Part shown: piece by piece, positions 47,617 to 58,493 of the stretch
How positions within the stretch are numbered: position 1 is the first letter of the stretch
Layout: each line of letters opens with the position of its first letter
Source: an uncultured Chloroflexia bacterium
GTDB taxonomy: Bacteria; Chloroflexota; Limnocylindria; Limnocylindrales; CSP1-4
Assembly (NCBI GenBank): GCA_963776925.1
Contig: CAVZON010000006.1
Span: 404,138 to 468,137 of the forward strand
Reading direction: 5' to 3'
Length of the DNA stretch: 64,000 nucleotides
The notes under the pieces: model-generated
What the model was told of the DNA's origin: nothing
Databases searched by the model: none
What the model saw: only the letters and a program-made list of their open reading frames with translations
Position numbers and translations under genes: made by a program

Positions 47617-49426
47617 ATGACCGGTTTGGGCGCCGACGACGCGCCGCGTGGCATCCTGAGCGTCGTGCTCGAGCCGCGCTTCCGCTGGGCCTTCCCGGCC
47701 GTCACCCCCGTCCCAGCGGACCTTCTGACCCATGCCCTCGAGCGTGGCCTTGGCGCCCGCTCGGCCGAGCTGATGGTCGCCCGCGGGGTCCGCGACCGCG
47801 ACGAGCTCGACGCGTGGTTCGCCGAGCCGATCCTCGGCCTCCACGATCCCATGCTGCTGCCCGACGCGGACGTGCTCCTGGCGCGACTCCAGCGGGCCCG
47901 CGATGGCGGCGAGCGGGTGCTCGTGTTCGGGGACTTCGACGCGGACGGGATCGACGGGCTGGCGATCCTCGTCATCGCGCTGCGACGCTTCGGGATCGAC
48001 GCCATCCCGTACGTGCCGAGCCGGCTCGACGAGGGCCACGGCCTGTCGCTCGCCGCGATCGACGCCACGGTCGCGGCCGGCGCCACGGTCATCGTGACGG
48101 TCGACTGCGGGACGACCTCGCATGCCGAGATCGCGATCGCCGTCGAGCGTGGCGTCGACGTCATCGTGACCGACCATCACCGCGTCCCGGCCGTCCTGCC
48201 CCCGGCCATCGCCGTGGTCAACCCGCATCGTCCCGACGCCCACTACCCGGACCGTCGTCTGGCCGGGAGCGGCGTCGCGTTCAAGGTCGCGCAACTCCTG
48301 CTCGGATCCATCGGCCAGCACGCGGCCGCGCTCGACCTGGCCGACCTGGCGACCATCGGGACCGTTGCCGACGTGGCTCCCATCGTCGGCGAGAACCGGG
48401 CCATCGCCCGACTCGGGTTGGCCCGCCTGCGCGAGGCGCCACGCCCGGGCATCGCGGCGCTGCTCGATGCGGCCAAGCTGGCGCCCGGCGCCGTCGACCT
48501 CGATCGGGTGTCGTTCGCCATCGCCCCGCGGCTCAACGCGGCAGGCAGGGTGGGGGAGGCCCGACGGGCCGCCGACCTCCTGCTGGCCGAGGATCCGGCG
48601 ACCGCCGCCGCCCTCGCCGCCGAGCTGGAGACGGCCAACGCGACGCGGCGCGACCTGATGACCACGCGCCGTGGCCGAAGCTCGCGCCATCGTCGCGACC
48701 GACCCGGACCGGCCAGCCGCGATCGTCCACGGGCCATGGCCGGTGGGCATCGTCGGGCTCGTCGCCTCGCGGCTGGCCGACGACCGTGCCCGTCCGGCCG
48801 TCGTCGGGGCGGACCTCGGCGACACGATCCGCGCGTCATGCCGGAGCGCCGGGACCATCGACCTGGGCGAGGCCCTGGAGACCTGCGGCGACCTGTTCCT
48901 GCGCCACGGCGGCCACGCCGGCGCCGCCGGGTTCGAGATCGCGACGGAGCGCTGGGACGAGTTCGTCGCGCGGTTCGAGGCGCTCGCCGAGGGCGCCGTC
49001 CCGCCCGATCCGCGCCCGGTCCTGGCCATCGACCTCGCCCTGCCGGCACTGGCCATCGACTACGCCCTGCATCGGGACCTGGCCGGCCTCGCGCCGTACG
49101 GCCCGGGCAACCCGGAGCCGCTCGTCGCCGTCCTGGGGCTGACCGTGACCCGCGTCCGTCCGGCCGGCGACGGCCACACCTCGCTGACCCTGCGACGCGA
49201 CCGTGACGTGCTCGATGGCATCGCCTTCGGGCGGGCGGACATCGCCGAGCTCGTCCATGAGGGCGACCGGGTCGACGTCGTGGCGCGGCTCGCCAGCCGC
49301 AAGTTCGGCGGATTCGAGTCGCTCCAGCTGGAGATCCGGGATGCCGCCCCGTCGGGTTCGCATCCCGAGGCAGCCGCGATCCTCGCCGAGACCGCGCCCG
49401 GCGTCGGCGTGGCGGTGCCGGCATGA
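47617..49426 (+). CDS. recJ: Single-stranded-DNA-specific exonuclease RecJ; one frame break
   Basis: DHH family motifs VLVFGDFDADGIDG, VTVDCG, VIVTDHH. DHHA1 motif GGHAGAAG. ORF 47617- joins ORF 48671-49426 near 48665. Confidence 0.9.
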
Positions 49427-50668
49427 CCCGCCAGGTCCGTTCGGACCCGCCGCGTGCGCGCGACCCCTACGGCGTCGGGCCGCTCGGATCGTGGGTCGCG
49501 CCGGTGCTGTCGGTCGTCGGCCTGCTGCTCATCGGGATCGTCACGCTCAACCTGCTCCAGGGCCAGGTGCCGTTCGGCATCGGCGGCGGCAATGGCGGGA
49601 ACGGTGGCGACAACGGCGACGGCGATCCTGCGCGCACCGCCGCGCCGTCGAACGTCGTCGTCGTGCCGGACGAGGCGGCCTTCGACGGCTCGATCGTCTA
49701 CGCCAAGGGCGGCAACATCTGGATCCAGACCGACGACGACGCGGTCCAGCTGACCGACAGCGGCACCGATTCGATGCCGTCCTGGTCGGGCGACGGCGAG
49801 TGGATCTACTACGTCAACACGGTCCGCGAGAAGGGCCGCTGGGACACCCCGACCGAGGGGACCGAGGACTACACGCTCGACATCCCGCGGCTGATGCGCG
49901 TCAAGGCGGATGGCAGCGGCGAACCCGAGGCGCTCAAGAGCGGCAAGATCACGCGCGGCAACGACACCTACGCGTTCTGGATCCGGCAGCCGGTCCTGTC
50001 GCCCGACGGCGCGACCGTGGCGGTGATCTCCGACGCGCCGAACCCCGACAGCAAGGCCCCGACCGTCCAGTTCTACAGCTTCGAGACCGACAAGATCGCC
50101 GACCCGGGGCTCGACACGAACGGCGTCCTCGGCCACCAGGATCCCGAGTGGCGACCGGACGGCAAGTTCCTGCTCTACGTCATGAACGGCCGCGACGGCT
50201 CGCGCGGGGCGCCGGTGATCATGCGCTACAACGTCGAGTCGGGCGAGGCACGAGCCCTGACCGGGTTCGGCTACCTCTACCCGGCCTACTCGCCCGACGG
50301 GAAGTACGTCGCCGCTACGCGCACCTCGGCGTTCGGGACCGATGTCGTGATCCTGGATGGCGCGTCCGGCCAGGAGCTCCTGCGGGTGACCGATGACGGC
50401 GCGTCGTGGGCCCCGACCTGGTCGCCGGCCGGGGACGGCATCGCCTTCCTGCATGTCGACGGGCAGACCGTCGACCTGCGGAAAGCCAAGCTGGACGGCA
50501 GCGCCCCGAACTGGACGGTCAGCGAGACGATCGACCTGACCGAGGTCTCGGACCTGGAGCCGGCGTCCAAGCCGGACTGGTTCATCCCGGCCGACCAGCT
50601 GCCGGCGACCCCGCCGCCGGCGACGCCCGACGCCGTCGGGCGCCGCGTCGCCCAGCGCGGCGCCGTGA
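49423..50668 (+). CDS. Membrane-anchored TolB-like beta-propeller (PD40 repeat) protein; stop requires one frame correction
   Basis: ATGA overlap with the recJ stop. TM VAPVLSVVGLLLIGIVTL, Gly/Asn/Asp spacer, repeated PD40-type motifs (PSWSGDGEWIYY, LSPDGATVAV, WRPDGKFLLYV, YSPDGKYVAAT, WSPAGDGIAFL). As assembled the frame runs on into pyrF. The -1 frame gives PTPSGAASPSAAP then TGA 50666-50668. Confidence 0.72.
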
Positions 50669-51550
50669 CGAGCTACCTCGAGCGGCTGGCCGCCCGGAGC
50701 GCGGCGACCGGCACGGTGCTGTGTCTCGGCCTCGATCCCGATCCGGCCAGCCCTGCCGCCGGGCGTCGGCAGCGGCCTGGACGGCGTCGAGCGCTTCGCC
50801 GGCCTGATCCTCGACGCGGCCCTGCCGGTCGCTGCCGCGGTCAAGCCGAATCTGGCGTTCTACGAAGCGTTCGGGTCCGCCGGCATCGCCGCGCTGGAGC
50901 GGTTGCGCGCACGCATCCCGGCCGATGTCCCGGTGATCGCCGACGGCAAGCGCGGCGACATCGAGTCGACCGCCGGCCGCCAGGCCGTGGCCCTGTACGA
51001 CGCGCTCGGCGTGGACGCCGTCACGGTCAATCCCTATCTCGGCGAGACCGCCATCGCGCCGCTCCTCGAGCGCATCGATCGGTTCGCCTACGTCCTGTGC
51101 CGGACATCGAACCCGGGCGCCGGGGAGCTGCAGGACCTGCGGGTCGCGGCAGACCCGGCGTCGTCCGCCCCGGAGGAGCGCCTGCACGAGCGGGTCGCCC
51201 GGATCGTCGGCGGCTGGGGACCGGGCGGGACGGTCGGCCTCGTCGTCGGGGCGACGGCCCCGGCCGAGCTCGCGACCATCCGCGGCGTGGCGCCCGGGCT
51301 GCCATTCCTGGTCCCGGGGGTCGGCGCCCAGGGTGGAGCCATCTCGGCCGTCCTGGAGCAGGGGCCGGCGACCGCCGAGCCGGCGACCGGTCGGCCCGGC
51401 GGCGGACTGCTGGTGAACGTTTCGCGAGGCATCGCCGGGGCGGCTTCGGGAGCGGGATCCGACCCGTCGGACGGGGCCTCGGGAGACCTCGTGGAGCGGC
51501 TCGCGACGGCTGCCGCCGACTGGGCGCAACGACTTCCTGTGCTACGCTAG
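50665..51550 (+). CDS. pyrF: Orotidine 5'-phosphate decarboxylase (type 2); one frame break
   Basis: GTG 50665. SYLERLAARSAATGTVLCLGLDPD, VKPNLAFYEAFG, VIADGKRGDIESTA, VTVNPYLG, YVLCRTSNPG, PFLVPGVGAQGG. Shift near 50750 into the frame of ORF 50903-51550. Confidence 0.85.
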
Positions 51551-51586
51551 CCGACCGGGAACACCCCGACTAGGAGCCATCCGATC

Positions 51587-51934
51587 ATGCCGACACCCGG
51601 ACCCCTCGAACTCGTCATCATCCTCGTCATCGCCCTGCTGATCCTCGGCCCGGGCAAGCTTCCGGACGTTGGTGCCGCCCTCGGCAAGAGCATCCGCGAG
51701 TTCCGCAAGGCCTCGACCGATGTGCAGGATGCGGTGAAGGTCGACACCTCCCCGTTGCCGGCTGAGCAGCCGCCCGCCGCCGCCGCCGCGGTCCCCGCCG
51801 CCGCCGTCGATGCGGCCGCGGACGCGCAGGCGACTGCCGCCGCTCCGGCCCAGGCCGCGCCGAACGCCGCTCCGGTCACGAGTGCGTCCGTCGCCTCGAC
51901 ACCGGCCAGCGAGCCGACCGCCGGCTCCAACTAG
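51587..51934 (+). CDS. tatA: Twin-arginine translocase TatA/TatE family subunit, intact
   Basis: RBS AGGAG. ELVIILVIALLILGPGKLPDVGAALGKSIREFRKA, then a long Ala/Pro-rich tail. Confidence 0.85.
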   Translation: MPTPGPLELVIILVIALLILGPGKLPDVGAALGKSIREFRKASTDVQDAVKVDTSPLPAEQPPAAAAAVPAAAVDAAADAQATAAAPAQAAPNAAPVTSASVASTPASEPTAGSN

Positions 51935-51958
51935 GCCCGGGGTCTCCCGCACCCCGAC

Positions 51959-52744
51959 ATGGCCGAGGCTGACGCCCTGCGCGATCCGGGCGTCCCGGTG
52001 CCCGCCGCGCCCGAACCGGCACCACCCACCGCGACCGGCGACGAGTCGGTCATGTCGCTCGTCGACCACCTCGACGAGCTGCGCAAGCGCCTGTTCCGGA
52101 TCATCATCGCGGTCGCCGTGTGTGGCGTCCTCGGGTTCCTCCTGGCGGATCCGGTGCGGGACATCCTGCTGGACCTGATGCCCGAAGGCCGGGAGTCGAC
52201 CGTCCAGACCCTGAGTCCCGGCGACGCCTTCGGCATCACCCTGCGGATCTCCCTCGTCATCGGCGTGATCCTGGCGATGCCGGTGATCCTGTACCAGCTC
52301 TGGGCGTTCATCGCCCCCGGCCTGACCGCCGTCGAGCGCAAGGCCATCCGGCCGTGGGTGCCGCTGGCCCTGCTGTTCTTCGCGCTCGGCGTCGGCATCG
52401 CCTACCTGGTCCTCCCGTACGCCCTCACGTTCCTGTACTCCTTCAACGACGACCGCCTCGTCGAGAACGTCGCGGCCGGTCCGTACTTCGACTTCGTCAC
52501 GACGACGTTCCTGGCATTCGGGCTCGTGATGGAGTTCCCGATCCTGCTGTACGGCCTGGCCCGCGTGGGCATCCTGACGTCGACGCAGCTGCGCGGGCTG
52601 CGGCGCTACGTGATCCTCGGGATCGCCGTCTTCTCGGCCATCGCGACGCCCGGCGGGGACCTCGTGAGCCCGTTCGTCCTGGGCGGCACGATGTACCTGC
52701 TGTACGAGGCGACGATCTTCGTCATCCGGCGGAGCGGCCGGTGA
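51959..52744 (+). CDS. tatC: Twin-arginine translocase subunit TatC, intact
   Basis: 261-aa ORF. MSLVDHLDELRKRLFRIII, six hydrophobic segments, YQLWAFIAPGL, TPGGDLVSP. Confidence 0.92.
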   Translation: MAEADALRDPGVPVPAAPEPAPPTATGDESVMSLVDHLDELRKRLFRIIIAVAVCGVLGFLLADPVRDILLDLMPEGRESTVQTLSPGDAFGITLRISLVIGVILAMPVILYQLWAFIAPGLTAVERKAIRPWVPLALLFFALGVGIAYLVLPYALTFLYSFNDDRLVENVAAGPYFDFVTTTFLAFGLVMEFPILLYGLARVGILTSTQLRGLRRYVILGIAVFSAIATPGGDLVSPFVLGGTMYLLYEATIFVIRRSGR

Positions 52745-53643
52745 CCGACGCCGCCGAGGTCACGGTCGAGGAGACCGCCGGCCCGGCGGTCATCATCCTC
52801 AGCGGCCTGTCGGGAGGCGGCAAGACGGCCGCGGCCAAGCTCTTCGAGGACCTCGGCTTCACGGTCGTCGACAACCTGCCCGCGGAGCTGCTCTCGTCGC
52901 TGGCCGACGTCGTGGCGTCCGAGCCTGATCGCTTCGCCCAGGTCGCCATCGTGCTCGACGTGCGGTCCGGCGATCCGGCCCTGTCGCTCGCCCAGATGCG
53001 TGGCGCCCTGGAAGGTCGGGGCATCTCGCCGCGCATCGTCTTCCTCGAGGCGAGCGACGAGGTCCTCATCCGGCGCTTCAGCGAGACCCGCCACAAGCAC
53101 CCGCTGGCCGATGGGCGCGGCATCGCCCGCAACATCGCCGACGAGCGTCGCCGGCTCGACTCCGTCCGCGCCGATGCGGACGTCGTCATCGACACCTCCG
53201 ACCTGTCGCTGCGCCAGTTGCGCGAACGGCTGTTCGCCCAGGTCGCCACGACCGCCCATCCCGATCAGCTGGCCATCCAGATCATCACGTTCGGGTTCAA
53301 GTACGGCGTGCCGCTCGAGGCCGATCTGGTGTTCGACGTGCGGTTCATGCAGAACCCGTTCTACCTGCCTGACCTGCGGCCGCACTCCGGGCTGACCGAG
53401 CCGGTGCGCGAGTACGTCCTGGGCCAGCCCATCACCCAGCGCTTCCTGGCCTTCCTCCGTGAGTTCCTCGGCTTCACCATCCCGGCCTATGTCGGCGAAG
53501 GCAAGACCAGGTTGACCATCGCCATCGGCTGCACCGGCGGGTTCCATCGCTCGATCGCGATCGGCGAGGCCCTCGCCGAGTGGCTGCGCGAGCAGGACCT
53601 CGGCCCGGTCTCGATCTTCCATCGCGAGCTCGACCGCGAATGA
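52741..53643 (+). CDS. rapZ: RNase adapter / nucleotide-binding protein RapZ (YvcJ), intact
   Basis: GTGA overlap with tatC. P-loop LSGLSGGGKTAAAKLFEDLGF, VDNLP, FLEASDEVLIRRFSETRHKHPL, FGFKYG, DVRFMQNPFY, IGCTGGFHRS. Confidence 0.93.
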   Translation: MTDAAEVTVEETAGPAVIILSGLSGGGKTAAAKLFEDLGFTVVDNLPAELLSSLADVVASEPDRFAQVAIVLDVRSGDPALSLAQMRGALEGRGISPRIVFLEASDEVLIRRFSETRHKHPLADGRGIARNIADERRRLDSVRADADVVIDTSDLSLRQLRERLFAQVATTAHPDQLAIQIITFGFKYGVPLEADLVFDVRFMQNPFYLPDLRPHSGLTEPVREYVLGQPITQRFLAFLREFLGFTIPAYVGEGKTRLTIAIGCTGGFHRSIAIGEALAEWLREQDLGPVSIFHRELDRE

Positions 53644-54998
53644 ACCTGCGGCGCTGGCTGACCCCTGGGATCGGCGTCAAGCGCTGGCTCGTCGTCGTCT
53701 TCGCCGGACTGCTGCTGCTGGCCCTGGCGGTCGCCCACGCGCTGCGCCAGCTGACCCGCGAGCTGGCGCCGGGCGGGCCACTCGGCGGGCTCATCGACCT
53801 GGCCACGCTCCAGTTCCTGCCGTTCGCCCTGCGCGGCCTCATCGTCGGCTCGCTCGGGGCCGCCCTCGTCGTCGCCGGCGGGATGGGCGTGGTCCGCGCC
53901 GTGACGCGTCCGATCCGAACGGCCGCGGACGCCGACACGCCGCTCGTCGAGGTGATCTACCAGAAGCGGTTCCTCGCCCGCGGACCACGGATCGTGGCCA
54001 TCGGCGGCGGGACCGGCCTGTCGACCCTGCTGCGGGGCCTCAAGGAGCACACGAGCAACCTGACCGCGGTCGTGACCGTGGCCGACGACGGCGGCTCCTC
54101 CGGCGTCCTGCGCGAGGAGCTCGGCATCCCACCGGTCGGCGACATCCGCAACTGCATCGTCGCCCTGGCCGACGCCGAACCGCTGATGGGCGACCTGCTG
54201 CAGTACCGCTTTCCGGTGCCGGACGCGCCGAGCGAGGCGGGAACGGACGGTGCCGGGGCAGGGGACCCGAGCGGCCTCGGCGGGCACGCCCTGGGCAACC
54301 TGCTGCTGGCGGCCATGACCGCCATCGAGGGCGGCGACTTCGAGGAGGGCGTGCGGCGGCTCAACCGGATCCTGGCCGTTCGCGGCCAGGTCGTCCCGGT
54401 GACGGCGACCCCGCTCGTCCTGCATGCCCGCTGCACCGACGGGACGGTCATCGATGGCCAGTCCCGGATCATGCTCACGAGCAGCATCGATCGAGTCTGG
54501 ATCACGCCCGACGACGTGCGGGCCTCGGAGGACGCCCTGACTGCCATCGCCGAGGCCGACCTCATCGTCATCGGACCGGGCAGCCTGTACACGAGCATCC
54601 TGCCCAGCCTGCTCGTGCCCGGGGTCCGCGACGCCGTGCTCGCCTCGGAGGCGCTGCGGGTCTACGTCTGCAACGTCGCGACCCAGGCGGGCGAGACGAG
54701 CGGGATGACCCTGGCCGGCCACGTCGACGCGCTCCTCGGCCACACGTCACCGCAGCTGGTCGACATCGTGCTGGCCAACGACCGGTTCGACGCCCGGGTG
54801 CCGGACGACTGGAATGCCGAGGTGGTCCGGCTCGATTGGCCGCCCCGCGCGACGCCTCCGCCACGGCTCGTCCTCGACCAGGTCGTCGACCCCGACTATG
54901 CCCACCACCACGACCCTGAGCGGCTGGCCGCGGCGGTCCTGCGGACCTACGAGGAGACCGTCGGGTCGAAGCGCCGCAGCACGGTCCGCACGGCATGA
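53640..54998 (+). CDS. yvcK: YvcK/CuvA-family gluconeogenesis factor (CofD-like) with N-terminal membrane extension, intact
   Basis: ATGA overlap with rapZ. IVAIGGGTGLSTLLRGLK, VVTVADDGGSSG, IRNCIVALA, IVIGPGSLYTSILPSLLV. Confidence 0.9.
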   Translation: MNLRRWLTPGIGVKRWLVVVFAGLLLLALAVAHALRQLTRELAPGGPLGGLIDLATLQFLPFALRGLIVGSLGAALVVAGGMGVVRAVTRPIRTAADADTPLVEVIYQKRFLARGPRIVAIGGGTGLSTLLRGLKEHTSNLTAVVTVADDGGSSGVLREELGIPPVGDIRNCIVALADAEPLMGDLLQYRFPVPDAPSEAGTDGAGAGDPSGLGGHALGNLLLAAMTAIEGGDFEEGVRRLNRILAVRGQVVPVTATPLVLHARCTDGTVIDGQSRIMLTSSIDRVWITPDDVRASEDALTAIAEADLIVIGPGSLYTSILPSLLVPGVRDAVLASEALRVYVCNVATQAGETSGMTLAGHVDALLGHTSPQLVDIVLANDRFDARVPDDWNAEVVRLDWPPRATPPPRLVLDQVVDPDYAHHHDPERLAAAVLRTYEETVGSKRRSTVRTA

Positions 54999-55800
54999 CG
55001 GCGAGCGACCGCGACCTCGTCGTGGCCCTGCGCAACGAGCTGGCCGCGATCGACCCGGCGCGGCCGTGCGACCGGGCGTCCGAGGCGGCCGGCCTGGAGG
55101 GCGCGATCCCCGGACGCGAGCCGGCGGTCTCGCGCCTCGTCGTCCGCCTCGGGCGGGATCGCCCCGCCGTCGCTCCGTTCGACTGGGACGTCGCCGCCGA
55201 GCATTGCCGGATGGCCTGGCTGCGCGGCCGCTTCCTGGCCCGTGGGTCGCTGAGCCTGTCTGGGGGACGGACGCACCTCGAGTTCGTCGTCCCGTTGCCC
55301 GAGGCGCCGGTCCTCGCCGGTCGACTGGCCGACATCGGCCTGCCGGCGGCATGGCGCATCCGGCGCGGCAAGGGTGTCGTCACCTGGAAGAGCGCCGAGG
55401 CGGTCGGCACGTTCCTGCGCCGGATCGGCGCGGCCGGCGCCCTGCTCGAGCTGGAGGCGCGGCAGGTCTCGCGGGCGCTGCGCGGCGAGCTGAACCGGGT
55501 GCTCAACGCCGAGTCGGCGAACCTCCAGCGAGCGGTGGCGGCGGCCGGCCGCCAGCTCGACGCCATCGCGGTGCTCGCGGCAGACGGTCGACTGGAGGAG
55601 CAGCCCTTCGTCGTGCGCACGGTCGCCGATGCGCGGCGCGAGACGCCCGAAGCCACACTCAGCGACCTCGCCGAACGCCTCGAGCTCCATCGCTCGGCGG
55701 TCCAGCGCGCGCTCGAACGCCTGGAGCGGCTGGCCGAGCTCGAGCCGGCGCCGCCGGGCGGCCCCGACGGCGCCCGCACCTCTGGCATGAATTCGCGCCC

Positions 55801-56588
<788 letters not shown>

Positions 56589-56592
<4 letters not shown>

Positions 56593-58191
56593 CGGAGCGT
56601 CGCCCCCGACCGATCGTCCTGATCGTGCTCGACGGCTTCGGGATCGGTCGCGACCCGGTCGGTGACGCGATCGCCGCGGCGCCGATGCCGGTCTGGCGCG
56701 GATTGCTGGAGCGCTGGCCGCACGGCCGGCTGGGGGCATCCGAGGGCGCGGTCGGACTGCCCGCCGGCCAGATGGGCAACTCCGAGGTGGGTCATCTCAA
56801 CCTGGGCGCGGGTCGCCCCGTCCTCCAGGACCTCCCTCGCATCGATGCGGCGATCGGGGATGGCTCGTTCTTCGAGCGGCCGGCGCTCCTCGCGGCCTGC
56901 CGCCGGGCACGGGACCGGGGCCGCCCACTCCACATCGTCAGCCTCATCGGGCCCGGCGGCGTCCACGCCAACGATCGCCACCTCATCGCCCTCGTGACGC
57001 TCGCCGCGCGCGAGGGGGTGGCTGCCGTTCGCGTCCATGCCCTGCTCGACGGCCGGGACACCCCGCCGAGCTCGGCGCTCGGCTTCGTGACCGATCTCGA
57101 GGCCCGCCTGGCGACCGCGCACCCGGACGCGGCCATCGCCAGCGTCGGCGGCCGCTACTTCGCGATGGACCGCGACCGGCGCTGGGACCGCATCGAACGG
57201 GGCTACGACGCGATCGTGCACGGAGCGGCGGCCCACCACGCCCCGACGGCGACCGCCGCGATCGAGGCGGCGTACGCGCGCGGCGAGACCGACGAGTTCG
57301 TGGCACCGACCGTGATCGACGCAGCAGCCGCGCACCTCGAGCCCGGTGACGCGATCATCCACGCCAACTTCCGGGCCGACCGAGCCCGGCAGCTGACCCA
57401 CGCACTGGCCGATGGCCCGGCGTTCGATGACTTCGACCGCATCGTCGCCGACCGGGCGTCCGTCGCCGACGGGTCTCCTCGTCGTGACGATGACCCAGTA
57501 CGAGGAGGGCCTCCCGGTGGAGGTCGCCTTCCCGCCGGAGACGGCGCGCTCGCTGGCCCAGGCCGTGAGCGAGGCCGGGTGGCGCCAGTCGCACATCGCC
57601 GAGACCGAGAAGTACGCCCACGTGACCTACTTCTTCAACGGCGGGATCGAGCCGCCCTGGCCGGGCGAGGATCGCGTCCTCGTGCCCAGCCCGAAGGTCG
57701 CGACCTACGACCTCGCCCCGGCCATGTCGGCACTGGGCGTGACCGACGCGATCGAGGCGGCCATCGCCGGGGGGACCTACGACCTCATCGTCGCGAACTT
57801 CGCCAATCCGGACATGGTCGGCCACACCGGCGTGTGGGAGGCCACGGTGACCGCGTTGACGACCATCGATGCCTGTCTCGGGCGCATCGTGGATGCGCTG
57901 GCCGCCGTCGACGCGGCGGATCCCGATGGAGCCGGCAGCCTGCTCGCCATCACCGCCGACCACGGCAACGCGGACGACCTGCTCGATCCAGCCGGGAACC
58001 CGGTCACGGCGCACTCGCTCAACCCGGTCCCGTTCCTGCTCGTCGGGCGCTGCGTGGACGGGACCAGCCTCGACGATGGCGTCCTTGCCGATGTGGCACC
58101 GACGCTGCTCGAGCTGGCCGGCCTGCCACGCTGGGAGGGGATGACCGGACGCTCGCTCCTCGTGCCCGCGGCCGAGCGGGCGACCCTGTGA
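56589..58191 (+). CDS. gpmI: 2,3-bisphosphoglycerate-independent phosphoglycerate mutase; one frame break
   Basis: GTGA overlap with tpiA. LIVLDGFGIG, MGNSEVGHLNLGAGR, GGVHAN, LLDGRDT, VGGRYFAMDRD, then after a shift near 57470 VTMTQYEE, ETEKYAHVTYFFNGG, NFANPDMVGHTG, ITADHGNAD. Confidence 0.9.
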
Positions 58192-58228
58192 TAGCATCCG
58201 TCGCCGGACGAACGGAGGCATCGCACAC

Positions 58229-58453
58229 GTGAACCCCATCCTGGCGATCGGCCAGATCATCGTAAGCATCGGGCTCATCGCGGCGATCCTGCTGCAGGCG
58301 CGGGGGACGGGCCTGTCGGGCACCTTCGGCGGGGATTCGGCCGTCTATCGCAGCCGCCGTGGCGTGGAGCGACGCCTGTGGCAGTTCACGATCGTGCTGC
58401 TGGTGCTGTTCGTCATCTTCTCGCTCGCCAGCTACATCTTCACGCCCACCTGA
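58229..58453 (+). CDS. secG: Preprotein translocase subunit SecG, intact
   Basis: 74 aa, two TM segments. IAAILLQARGTGLSGTFGG motif. Position after tpiA/gpm is typical of the conserved cluster. Confidence 0.85.
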   Translation: MNPILAIGQIIVSIGLIAAILLQARGTGLSGTFGGDSAVYRSRRGVERRLWQFTIVLLVLFVIFSLASYIFTPT

Positions 58454-58493
58454 CGGGCGCGCCGCGGCAGCCCACCGCGGTCCACGGAGTTCC

